NCBI GenBank assembly: GCA_005222975.1
Contig: NJBI01000011.1
Span: forward strand, 1-64,000
Source of the DNA: Promethearchaeota archaeon Loki_b31
GTDB lineage: Archaea > Asgardarchaeota > Lokiarchaeia > Sigyniarchaeales > SOKP01
DNA length: 64,000 bases
Reading direction: 5' to 3'
The notes beneath the pieces are model-generated. The model was not told where the DNA came from. It made no database searches and worked only from the letters and a program-made list of their open reading frames with translations. Positions 17,924-27,510 of this stretch are shown here, in pieces. Each line of letters opens with the position of its first letter. The stretch's first letter is position 1. The position numbers and the translations under genes are program-made.

Positions 17924-19015
17924 ATGAACATTCTTTTTATTGAAAATTTTAAACTTTTTAAAAAATTAACGAGGATTAAGACGATTGGTGGGATTGAAAC
18001 AAATACAAATGATATAATACATTATCTTCGTCAAAAAGGACATAAAATCTGGGTATTAAATAAAGAGGTAAAACCCAAATGGGCGGAGAAAGGAGAAGTC
18101 GACATCATTGCTGCTTCCACATTCGATCCAATTACATTTTTTCAAATTAGTAAGTATAAGAAAAAATACAAACAAAGAGCTGCTGTAGTAATTCATGGTC
18201 ATACAACGGTTGAAGATTTAGTAGGAAATTTTGTACCTGATAAAACCATTTTTAACAAAATTTTTAAATTCTGGCTAAAACTTTTGTATGGTCAAGCACA
18301 CTTATTAATTACACCAAGTGAATTTTCTAAGGAGTGTTTAATAAATATTCAAACTTCTATGACTTATCCTATACATGTTGTAAGCAATGGAATTCGTATT
18401 GAAGAATTTAAGGAAAATAAAAAATATAGAGTCAATTTTAGAAGATTTCTCTTTCAACAATATGATATACCTGAAGAAGCAGTAGTTATTATAAATGTAG
18501 GTTTAAGCTGGAAGAAGAAGGGTGTTAGGACCTTTGGAGAGATCGCTGAGAAATTTCCAGAATATTATTTTGTTTGGGTTGGACCAATAAATAAAAACCC
18601 TGAGATTGATGAGGTAATAAAACTAGATAATGTGATATTTACAGGATTTTATAATGATATTAGAGAGGCATATTATGGTGCTGATTTATTTTTAAATACA
18701 TCTTGGGTGGAAAATCAAGGAATTCCTTTAATAGAGGCAGCAATTTGCAAATTACCTGTTGTTGCTAGAGATTTATCCGCATTTGATTGGATTGTTCATG
18801 AATATTCCTGTTATAAAGCTAAAAATATGGCAGAATTTGTTGATGGAATTAGCAAGATCGTCTCAAATTCAAATTTTAGAAAAAAAATCGTTGAAAACGC
18901 TTGTGATGATGCAATGGAATTACATGATTTTGATAAAATTGGTGAGAAAATCGAGAAATTATATATTAAGGCAATTAAAGTAAAAAAAATATGGGATCAT
19001 AAACGAAATAAATAA
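17924..19015 (+). CDS. Glycosyltransferase family 4
   Basis: HGHTTVED, VSNGI, SWVENQGIPLIEAA. Confidence 0.85.
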   Translation: MNILFIENFKLFKKLTRIKTIGGIETNTNDIIHYLRQKGHKIWVLNKEVKPKWAEKGEVDIIAASTFDPITFFQISKYKKKYKQRAAVVIHGHTTVEDLVGNFVPDKTIFNKIFKFWLKLLYGQAHLLITPSEFSKECLINIQTSMTYPIHVVSNGIRIEEFKENKKYRVNFRRFLFQQYDIPEEAVVIINVGLSWKKKGVRTFGEIAEKFPEYYFVWVGPINKNPEIDEVIKLDNVIFTGFYNDIREAYYGADLFLNTSWVENQGIPLIEAAICKLPVVARDLSAFDWIVHEYSCYKAKNMAEFVDGISKIVSNSNFRKKIVENACDDAMELHDFDKIGEKIEKLYIKAIKVKKIWDHKRNK

Positions 19016-19061
19016 ACACAATGTTTAATTTTGCAGAAATTAGAAAGAATAAGAAAAAATC

Positions 19062-20339
19062 ATGTCAATGAGCGATCAAGACCTATTAAAGAATATTAAG
19101 CAAAAATTGAAAAACTTTTGGAGCATACCAATATTTAAATACACTATTATCATTCACCTTCTCTATTTTGTTCTTTCTACAATTCTAACTCTTGTTTTTT
19201 TCCGAAGTCAGAATGACTTTTTGGCATACTATAGAGCGGGTGAAATTGCCCTTAACGATTTCATGGAGTTATATAATCCTGATAATTATACTTGGTCATT
19301 TAGATATTTTCCCTTAGTTGCTTTTTATTTTATTCCCTTTTATTTGTTGGGATTTGATTTGGGATTTGTGGTCTTTAATTCAGTTAATTTAATCTTGAAT
19401 ATTATAATTTCTGTTTATCTCTATAAGGTCATCATGTTAATACGCCGAGAAGATCATGAAGATAACGATGATCGGATTATTCTCTATATTTGTATATTTT
19501 TATTGAGTCTTCCTCAGTTGTTTAATTATTTTCTTGGTCAAATAAATTTATATATAACATTTTTTACAATCTTTTCCCTTTATTTATTTCTGAAGAATGA
19601 ACAAATAAAAATGCAGTTTTTGGCGAGTCTAATATTAGGTGTTGCCGGAATTTTCAAACCTATTACGATTTTCATGTTTCCCTTTCTTATTTTAAGTCAT
19701 TATAGTTATAATGAAAAAAAATTTAAGTTTGAACTCTCAAGGAGTATCATCAAGTCTATTGGCATATTACTTCCCTTAGCGATTAACGGTATTGTATTTA
19801 TATTATATCCTACATTATGGCAAGATTTTACTGCGATAAATATTACAGGTGAAGCAAATACTTTAGTCAATTTTTCATTTAGCATAACCAAATTGTGTAC
19901 AAATTTCTTATTTTTCATTGGAATTCCTGCAAATTTACTAGTTCAATATCAGTTATACATATTCATTCCCATTTTACTTATTTTTGGAGGCATAGGCTTC
20001 TTCATATTTATTTTTCGAAGAGTTCCTCGCAACGCAGTGATTTATGGATATACTTTTGGCATCCTGATAATGTTGCTTACTTATTTTGATTCTTGGAATC
20101 ATCATCTATTAATTTTAACTCCATTATTAACCATTATATTATTTGATCTACCACGAAATTCAGAAATTTCTGGAAAATACATCAAACCAAGTATATTTTT
20201 CTTTAGTTTCTTTGATATCGTATTTATGGGGTTATTTCTCCTTACTAAAATCTTTTTCCCTTTCAATTTTGCATCGACTATTTTTCTGATACTAGTATTC
20301 ATCGGACTTAGCAAGTATTATTTGAAAAATCCAAATTAA
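19062..20339 (+). CDS. GT-C membrane glycosyltransferase (GT87/DUF2029-like)
   Basis: DFLAYYRAG, FRYFP, GQIN, FKP, SWNHH; multi-TM. Confidence 0.75.
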   Translation: MSMSDQDLLKNIKQKLKNFWSIPIFKYTIIIHLLYFVLSTILTLVFFRSQNDFLAYYRAGEIALNDFMELYNPDNYTWSFRYFPLVAFYFIPFYLLGFDLGFVVFNSVNLILNIIISVYLYKVIMLIRREDHEDNDDRIILYICIFLLSLPQLFNYFLGQINLYITFFTIFSLYLFLKNEQIKMQFLASLILGVAGIFKPITIFMFPFLILSHYSYNEKKFKFELSRSIIKSIGILLPLAINGIVFILYPTLWQDFTAINITGEANTLVNFSFSITKLCTNFLFFIGIPANLLVQYQLYIFIPILLIFGGIGFFIFIFRRVPRNAVIYGYTFGILIMLLTYFDSWNHHLLILTPLLTIILFDLPRNSEISGKYIKPSIFFFSFFDIVFMGLFLLTKIFFPFNFASTIFLILVFIGLSKYYLKNPN

Positions 20340-20421
20340 AATGATATATAATGATTACAATTAAATAATGTTAAAACTATCATTACATGAATTTAGATAA
20401 TTAACACGAGTCCAATAGACA

Positions 20422-21132
20422 ATGGTTCAAGAATATTTTATTATTTTAATGCCAGCATTTTTATTAGGAATATTACATACGCTAATTCCATGTGAAGATA
20501 AAGCTATCTTCTTTTTTTGGTCGTTTGGAATAGCAAAGACTCCAAAAAAGAGTATTTACATATTAATGCTCTATGGATTGGGATTAATTACTTCTAATAT
20601 GATTATAGCGTCAGTTACGGTTTTTATCACTCAACTCCCAAGATTTCTTTTACCCGAATTTACTCCCGACCCTGTAGTTATTAATTTCTTTGGAGCGGTC
20701 ACATCTATGTTTGCGGGGATATTTTTTTTACTCTTCGTTACAAGACGGGACTATTTACCTCATTCTAAGTATTTTAAGGATATTCCAAGTTTAGATTGGG
20801 AATTAAAGAAAACGCCTTATGTTTTTGGACTCATAGCAGGATTTGCTCCTTGTATATTTGAATTAATTATATATTCTCAAGCTTTTCAATTATCTCTTGG
20901 ATATGGATTCATAGAAGGTCTATTGGTAGTACTTTATTTCTCTTTAGGCACTTTTGTGGGATTATTTCCACTTGCTTTAGCTAAACAAGGCACTTCGCTT
21001 ATAGTTAAGCCAAAAGAAAGCAGAAAGAACACAATTTATTACATTATGCTCCTAATAATTATACTTTTTAATATAGCGGTTATGGTGCTATCATTTTTAG
21101 GAATTTCTGTATTTCCAATCCAGAACTTATAA
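20422..21132 (+). CDS. Membrane protein, NiCoT/UreH/DsbD_2-like
   Basis: AFLLGILHTLIPCED, GLIAGFAPC, FSLGT. Confidence 0.55.
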   Translation: MVQEYFIILMPAFLLGILHTLIPCEDKAIFFFWSFGIAKTPKKSIYILMLYGLGLITSNMIIASVTVFITQLPRFLLPEFTPDPVVINFFGAVTSMFAGIFFLLFVTRRDYLPHSKYFKDIPSLDWELKKTPYVFGLIAGFAPCIFELIIYSQAFQLSLGYGFIEGLLVVLYFSLGTFVGLFPLALAKQGTSLIVKPKESRKNTIYYIMLLIIILFNIAVMVLSFLGISVFPIQNL

Positions 21133-21261
21133 GTAATTACATATATACCATTAATTTTTTTATTTGATCAATAGTTGGTCTCATAAAATAATTTATATCA
21201 GTATTTTTATATATATTATTAACTAATCTATATCTTTCATAATTATGGAGATAATCAGATA

Positions 21262-23631
21262 ATGGAATGCAAATTCTGCGAGAGTCAAAACATTTCTTTT
21301 ACCTGTGAGAAATGCAAGTCAAGTTTTTGCATCCATCATATGGCTACAACAGAAAGTTGGCTTTGTAAAAAACATGGAATACCCTATTCAAAAGCAAGCG
21401 CTGCTGAAAAGTATTATAAATGTACCGTTATTGAAAATAGCAAGTGCCCTGAGTGCGAAGCGCTTTTGAGGTTAGAGAGACTGTCGTCTGGTCAATATTA
21501 TTTAGAGTGCACGGATGATACTTGTGCCTGGAACTCCTACTTAAAATCCCCCGGCTTATTTTTTCCTACTAAAGAACAACTAGCTAGAGAAGCAACTAAG
21601 TATAATTTAATAAAAGGATATAGGTTAAGTTTATGTCGTAGGTCTTTAAAAAGAATAATCGGAAAAGAAGTTTGTCCTAATTGCTTTTTAGAATTTTTAA
21701 AGAGATCGCCAATCGCTAACTTCTCTACGATTATGGAGTCTTTTAATATATCCGCCCAACAAATGATAAAATTAATTAATCAATACATCGACGAGGAGCG
21801 TATATACGGCATAATCGATCAGAAGGACCAAATGTTTTATTACATTTCGTACGAGATGAGAGAAAAAATCCTTTCAAAAATACAAAACGAGGGTATTTTG
21901 AAAGTAGCTGATTTAGCCACCATGCTTGACATGAGTTCTGAAATAGCCATTAAAGTTATATATAAATTAATAAGTCAATTTCAGATAAAAGGTTCCTTCT
22001 CACAAACTAAGAAATTTTATTACACTCAAAAATATATTATGGACCATTTAATTAAAGAAATAAATAAACAGGGAAGAATTTCATTAGATAAACTTGCGAA
22101 AGTTTTCGATATACCAAAGGAACTATCGAAATCGTTTTGCGTCAATTTAATGAGAACAAATGCCGTTACCGCGTTTTTTGCTGATCGCGGCAACGAAATT
22201 ATTACATCTGATAGAATTTATAAAGAAATCAAAGACTTTTCTAAAGAAGGTGGATTGTTTGAATTATCTAAGCTTGCAAAAAAGTTAAAAATCGCAGAAG
22301 AACTCGCAAGGAAATCACTCCACGACCTTATCAAATCAGGTTCGATAAAAGGAATTTTCACTCAAAGAAGAGAATTTATGACGCGAAAATACCTTGAAGA
22401 TAAAATAAAAGAACTAGCAAGAGCATATAGAACTATGCCTTTGAGAGAATTATCGAATCGATTGGGGGTTACTGAATCCAGTATAGAAGAAAATCTAGCT
22501 CAATTAATTGGGAGGGGCGACATTGATGGTTACATTGACATGCACAAGAGAATTTTTATGGCTTATAGCGTCCCCCGAACACAAGCAGGATCAACTCGTA
22601 CGAAACAGAAAAAGCCCAAATCAACTGACGAGGGAAAAATTGAGGTTGTAAGGGATTACGATTTTGAAGGTGGACAGTTACATTTCAAAGTAGCCGTTAG
22701 GAATAAGAGCAGTATGGCAATAAATAATGTCAAAGTTCTATTGGACGCACCCTCAAGTTATAAGATGAAACAGCCATTAATCAACATTCCAGTAATCGAG
22801 TCCAAGAATTCTAGGGGAGTAGATTTTTATTTGGAGCCTAAGCAATGTGGTGTGTCGAATATTAGTGGTACAGTTATTTATCGAACAGCTTCAGGAACTA
22901 AAAAAACAATCAACATTCGGAAAATGGAAGTACAAATCAAATGTCCCTTGGTTTGCACTTCTATGAGCACAATAGAGGATTGTCAAGTCGCAATACAAAC
23001 TCTAGGAAATGACGCACGAGCATTTTTAATCGCCGACTTAGACCCGCGATTAGCTTATAGAGCTGCCATAAGAACTCTTAAAAACTTTGATACCAGTGCT
23101 GTTACTTCCCATGAAGGTTCAGATACTAAAGGAAGTTACGAAGGAGAGGCATGGTTTTGTTCGGAAGCAAAAAATACTGGAGGGAGAATTATAACGAGAA
23201 TTTACGTTTCCGAGACGAGCCAATCGTTAGAAGTGAGGGTCTGGTGTGGAAACCCAGGACAACTTACAGGATTTTTAGCAAAAATTATAGAAATTCTATT
23301 TGAGGAAATTAATATTATTCGAAAGATTAAGTCAGAAGAAAGGGAGAAAACCATTGATGTTATGGCAATCACTCAAAACTTAGCAGAAGTCAGTGATTAT
23401 TGTATGCTTAGATGGAAAGCACAGAATATAAGAAATAAACTACATGATACTTTTATTCGATTACGTAAAGTAATAGGAGATAAAGAGGCGATCTTAGGTA
23501 GAATTGAATTTTGGCTGACGCAGTTGAATAAGTACGGCAAAGACGATAAAATTAGCGATGAGGACGCCGATAAACTAGTGAACGATGTAGAAAAATTCAG
23601 AAATGTCATTGCTCGAGCCATAAAATTGTGA
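21262..23631 (+). CDS. Zn-finger plus tandem PCI/winged-helix plus Ig-like appendage/platform domain protein
   Basis: N-terminal Cys clusters; repeats such as LINQYIDEERIYGIID and LAQLIGRGDIDGYID; HFKVAVRNKS..NVKV..VDFYLEP Ig-like domain. Confidence 0.65.
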   Translation: MECKFCESQNISFTCEKCKSSFCIHHMATTESWLCKKHGIPYSKASAAEKYYKCTVIENSKCPECEALLRLERLSSGQYYLECTDDTCAWNSYLKSPGLFFPTKEQLAREATKYNLIKGYRLSLCRRSLKRIIGKEVCPNCFLEFLKRSPIANFSTIMESFNISAQQMIKLINQYIDEERIYGIIDQKDQMFYYISYEMREKILSKIQNEGILKVADLATMLDMSSEIAIKVIYKLISQFQIKGSFSQTKKFYYTQKYIMDHLIKEINKQGRISLDKLAKVFDIPKELSKSFCVNLMRTNAVTAFFADRGNEIITSDRIYKEIKDFSKEGGLFELSKLAKKLKIAEELARKSLHDLIKSGSIKGIFTQRREFMTRKYLEDKIKELARAYRTMPLRELSNRLGVTESSIEENLAQLIGRGDIDGYIDMHKRIFMAYSVPRTQAGSTRTKQKKPKSTDEGKIEVVRDYDFEGGQLHFKVAVRNKSSMAINNVKVLLDAPSSYKMKQPLINIPVIESKNSRGVDFYLEPKQCGVSNISGTVIYRTASGTKKTINIRKMEVQIKCPLVCTSMSTIEDCQVAIQTLGNDARAFLIADLDPRLAYRAAIRTLKNFDTSAVTSHEGSDTKGSYEGEAWFCSEAKNTGGRIITRIYVSETSQSLEVRVWCGNPGQLTGFLAKIIEILFEEINIIRKIKSEEREKTIDVMAITQNLAEVSDYCMLRWKAQNIRNKLHDTFIRLRKVIGDKEAILGRIEFWLTQLNKYGKDDKISDEDADKLVNDVEKFRNVIARAIKL

Positions 23632-23704
23632 TTATTTTTCTAAAAACATTTATAAGTGTTATTGCAAATTTATATTATTAAGATAGAAGAAGAGTTCAAA
23701 AAAT

Positions 23705-24133
23705 ATGTGCCCAATAATTTCATTCTCAATAAATGAAAACCTAAAGCAGTTTATTAATAAACTAGTATCCAAAAATCAATATGAAAACAAATCTAAATTA
23801 ATAAGAGATGCCTTATTAAGGTTAATGTCAGATATAGATGTCTCAAATTTAGAGTCGTACGGAGAATCCTACGGAGAAGCAATTCCAACTACCAAAAAGA
23901 TTGTTGGAAATATGATAATTGTAGCTCCTCACGATCCGAATATTCAGAGAAAATTAAATAAGATAGAGAGTAGATATAACGAGCAAATAATGAATAAGAA
24001 TCAACATTTTCAAGGGGAAAATCTAATTATTTTTATGATTTTTGAAGGGACAGTACAAGATTTTCAGAAAATTGTAGTTGATGTAAATGGAATTAAAGAA
24101 ATTAAGAATTTCCGTTATCTAATTATAAATTAG
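23705..24133 (+). CDS. Ribbon-helix-helix (CopG/NikR-like) regulator
   Basis: IISFSINENLKQFINKLV..YENKSKLIRDAL. Confidence 0.75.
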   Translation: MCPIISFSINENLKQFINKLVSKNQYENKSKLIRDALLRLMSDIDVSNLESYGESYGEAIPTTKKIVGNMIIVAPHDPNIQRKLNKIESRYNEQIMNKNQHFQGENLIIFMIFEGTVQDFQKIVVDVNGIKEIKNFRYLIIN

Positions 24134-24316
24134 ACTAAAAAAAACATTTATTATTATATTCCTTTTCAATATTACGTTCTCCTATTTCTATAATAACACT
24201 CTAACATTCCTCTAACTTTATTTAAAGCTTATCAACGTATAGGCGTAACTTTAATAAATATATCTAATTTAATTCAGTAATTTGATGTTTTATTTTAGTA
24301 GAATTTAAACGAGAAA

Positions 24317-25435
24317 ATGATTGAAAAAGAAGATAATATATATCGAAAGCTGCAACAGCAATTAGATACTTTGCCCATAGGCTTTCCTGCGACTAAATCA
24401 GGCGTAGAAATTCGATTGTTAAAATTTTTCTTTACTCCTGAAGAAGCAGAAATTGCTATTAACATGCGATTTATCCCCGAACCTGTGAAAAAGATTTATC
24501 GCAGGGTTAAAAAAAAGGTAAAATCCATAGAGGAACTTGAGCTCATCTTAGATAAAATGTATCACAAGGGTGCTATCAATTTAAAGAGACTGATGGATGA
24601 AAATGGGGAAGAGATACGATATCATCTCGCCTTTTTAGCAGTAGGCATGTACGAATATCAAGTAAAGTCGATTACAAGAGAGTTTTATGAAGACATCGAG
24701 CAATACTTTGAAGAGGAATACCGAGATGAAATCGTAAGCACTAAAATCAACCAATTACGAACAATTCCAGTTGAAGAAAGCATCACGCCAGAACACAATA
24801 TTGCAACATACGATGAACTAAGAACAATAATTGAAAGTGCCGAGAAGATTTCTATAATGGATTGCATATGCCAAAAAGGGAAAGATCTAATCGGCGAGTC
24901 GTGTAAACAGACGAATATGCGCGAGCACTGTTTCGCACTAAATAATTCTGCTCAACATGTCGTAGATATAAATAACGGAAGATTTATAACAAATGATGAA
25001 GCTTTAAATATACTTAAAAAAGCCCAAGAAGAAGGTTTAATTCTTCAACCTGGAAACGCTCAGGATCCTAATTTCATTTGTTGTTGTTGTGGATGTTGTT
25101 GCGATCTTATAACAAATTTAAAGAAAATTGAGCGTCCTTGGGAAATGTTTTATTCTAATTATTACGCTAATGTTGATTCAGACTCATGTATCGGGTGTGA
25201 AACCTGTTTAAATCGATGTCAGATGAATGCTATTTCGATGGTTGAGGGCATAGCTGTTGTTGAGCAAAAATTATGTATCGGGTGTGGTAATTGCGTAACA
25301 ACTTGCCCATAACAAGCAATAACGCTTAAAAGGAAAGATAAGGAGATAATACCCCCCAAAACTACAAAAGATTTATATTTAAAATTGATGGATAAAAAAG
25401 CAGAATTAAGGCGCGCAGAAAAAGGAATATCATAA
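24317..25435 (+). CDS. 4Fe-4S dicluster protein with in-frame TAA at 25310 (possible pseudogene)
   Basis: ICCCCGCCC, CIGCETCLNRC, CIGCGNCVTTCP*QAI; frame continues 40 codons to TAA at 25433-25435. Confidence 0.8.
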
Positions 25436-25459
25436 AATATTTGATAGAGGTGAAAATTA

Positions 25460-25822
25460 ATGGGAAAAGGTAAATATGGAAAAGGATATCAAAAAAAAGG
25501 TCAAAGTTCGAAAGGTTCAGGAAAAAGTGCTGGAGGAGCACCCATTCGTGGAGGAAAAATCAAGGCAAGTCATATTTTGGTTGATAAGTTTAGTAGAGCC
25601 CAAGAATTACGTGAAGACATACAAACAGGAGAGAAGTTTGAAAGTCTGGCACAAAAATTTTCTACTTGTCCAAGTAAAAAAAAGAGTGGCAATCTAGGAG
25701 AATTCTCTAAGGGTGATATGGTTCCAGAGTTCTGGAACGCGTGTACGAAGCTTAAAATTGGTGAAATTTCTCAGCCAGTTAAAACTAAATATGGTTATCA
25801 TATAATAAAAAGAACGGGTTAG
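25460..25822 (+). CDS. Parvulin-type PPIase with basic G/K/S N-terminal extension
   Basis: KASHILV, FESLAQKFSTCPS, GNLG, MVPEF, PVKTKYGYHII. Confidence 0.92.
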   Translation: MGKGKYGKGYQKKGQSSKGSGKSAGGAPIRGGKIKASHILVDKFSRAQELREDIQTGEKFESLAQKFSTCPSKKKSGNLGEFSKGDMVPEFWNACTKLKIGEISQPVKTKYGYHIIKRTG

Positions 25823-25830
25823 AATATAAT

Positions 25831-25903
25831 TAGCCCAGCACGGATTCGAACCGTGGTCGCAGGGTTCAGGGCCCCAAATGCTTGACCTCTACACCACTGG
25901 GCT
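25831..25903 (-). tRNA. tRNA-Gln(CTG)
   Basis: Reverse complement AGCCCAGTGGTGTAGAGGTCAAGCATTTGGGGCCCTGAACCCTGCGACCACGGTTCGAATCCGTGCTGGGCTA forms a cloverleaf with archaeal Gln A1-U72. Confidence 0.9.
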
Positions 25904-26007
25904 TTAATAAAATAAAGATTTGATAAATTATAATATATTTTCTGTAAAAAATTTTATTATTCTGAATAAAGATAGATTTTTATTAGAGAATAACCTTATA
26001 ATTTATT

Positions 26008-26152
26008 GGATTACACAGTTCTTAAATGGAGGATGCTAAAAAAAAACTTGTTTTTATTAATACTCTTCTAACTGAGGGTATTAAACCCCGTGACTGAAAA
26101 AAACAAAACCCCGTATAAACTGAAAAAAAATTTGCTTCTCCATGTGTAATCC
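26008..26152 (+). ncRNA. Candidate structured non-coding RNA (or MITE)
   Basis: Terminal stem GGATTACACA/TGTGTAATCC, inner ATGGAGGATGC/GCTTCTCCAT, internal hairpin TTAATACTCT/AGGGTATTAA; G-U pairs favour the + strand. Confidence 0.5.
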
Positions 26153-26253
26153 ACTTTATTTCATTAAAAAGTTAATATAATATCTTAGTAATTTTTGTAA
26201 GGTTAAATTAAGAATTAGAGATGAGTTGAAACTTCTGAATAGTTAAGCAATTA

Positions 26254-27465
26254 TTAATGCTTTAGATTATATTTTCTAAAAATCTCGTTGAAATACTTAT
26301 CACTCATTCCGGAGATATAATCTCTCACGACCAAAGTTAACTTATTTTGATCTTTAAGAGGTTTAAAGTAAGTAGAATAGTTTTTGTTGTCGATATATTC
26401 TATGTGATCTTTAAAAATCGGAGCGTCGAAGTTATCTTCCTCCAAATCCTTCAAAGATTTTTCAAATATTAATTCAAACTGATAAGTTAAGTTTTCTATG
26501 TAAGATATTTTTGAACTTTTACTTTTGTAAAGATCTCTTCGACTGTATATTTGTTCATAATTAAATTCCTTCAATCTTTTTAGCGCTTCAAAAATTTCCT
26601 CACTATAACCAATTATATCGCTATCAAGGCTATTATTTAAGAGGTCCATAATTAGTGTTTTCATTATTTTTCGGTTAGTATCGCCAAGTACATTTGTACA
26701 ACTTTTAGGTATGTCAGACCTTTTAATGAATTTAATTAAAATCGCATCTTCGATATCTCTTCCGATGTATGCTATGGTGTCTGCTAGCCTAACTCCTACT
26801 CCTTCATAAGACATTGGGACTCTTTTTATTTTATTTTCGTGAAATGCGTCGTTATATTCATTCAAATGGTCTTCCCAAGTTTTTCCATTCACTTCAATTG
26901 GTTTTAACCCTTGTTCGTAAACTTCACCGTCGTGACAAAGAATGCCGTCTAATACTTGTAGAGTTAAATTTAATCCTTTCGCAGGTTTATTTGGAAATCT
27001 TTTTTCTAGGTACGACAACCATCTTATTCCTTGAGCGTTATGATTAAATGTACCCATTTTATACTTGATACTTATGTTATTAAGTATTTCTTCGCCCAGA
27101 TGCCCCCTTGGGCTATGACCTATGTCGTGTGCTAAACTTATACCTTCCATTAAATCAGTATTTAGTTTTAATATTCGCCCGATTTGACGAGCAATTCTTG
27201 AGACTAATATAACATGTAACGAGCGATGGGTGATATTTGCGTTGTTAACACCAAAAAAAACTTGTGTTTTGTCTATATAACGCGCATATGCTTTGCTATG
27301 AACAATACGGTCAACATCTCTGAAAAAATGAGGTCTAATATCGATTTTAGACTCAATATCTTCTTCGTACAATCTTACCGCTTGAGAATCGGATATGGCT
27401 TTAAATCCAATATCTGAATCTCTTCGCATATGCAATCTGTATATTTTAAGGTTTTTAGGATCCAT
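26254..27465 (-). CDS. HD-domain dGTP triphosphohydrolase-like protein
   Basis: FFRDVDRIVHS..KTQVF, HRSLH, HDIGH, LADTIAY..DIED, DYISGMSD. Confidence 0.9.
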   Translation of the reverse strand: MDPKNLKIYRLHMRRDSDIGFKAISDSQAVRLYEEDIESKIDIRPHFFRDVDRIVHSKAYARYIDKTQVFFGVNNANITHRSLHVILVSRIARQIGRILKLNTDLMEGISLAHDIGHSPRGHLGEEILNNISIKYKMGTFNHNAQGIRWLSYLEKRFPNKPAKGLNLTLQVLDGILCHDGEVYEQGLKPIEVNGKTWEDHLNEYNDAFHENKIKRVPMSYEGVGVRLADTIAYIGRDIEDAILIKFIKRSDIPKSCTNVLGDTNRKIMKTLIMDLLNNSLDSDIIGYSEEIFEALKRLKEFNYEQIYSRRDLYKSKSSKISYIENLTYQFELIFEKSLKDLEEDNFDAPIFKDHIEYIDNKNYSTYFKPLKDQNKLTLVVRDYISGMSDKYFNEIFRKYNLKH

Positions 27466-27510
27466 TTCTGCTTATTATAGGTCTCTTATCAAGTATTTTA
27501 TCAAATCGCA

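Noticed and set aside
26060-26130. TPP riboswitch or telomerase-template resemblance (CTGAG, CAAAACCCC)
   Set aside because: Remaining TPP core motifs are absent, and the short C4A4 match is expected by chance; kept only as an unknown RNA candidate.
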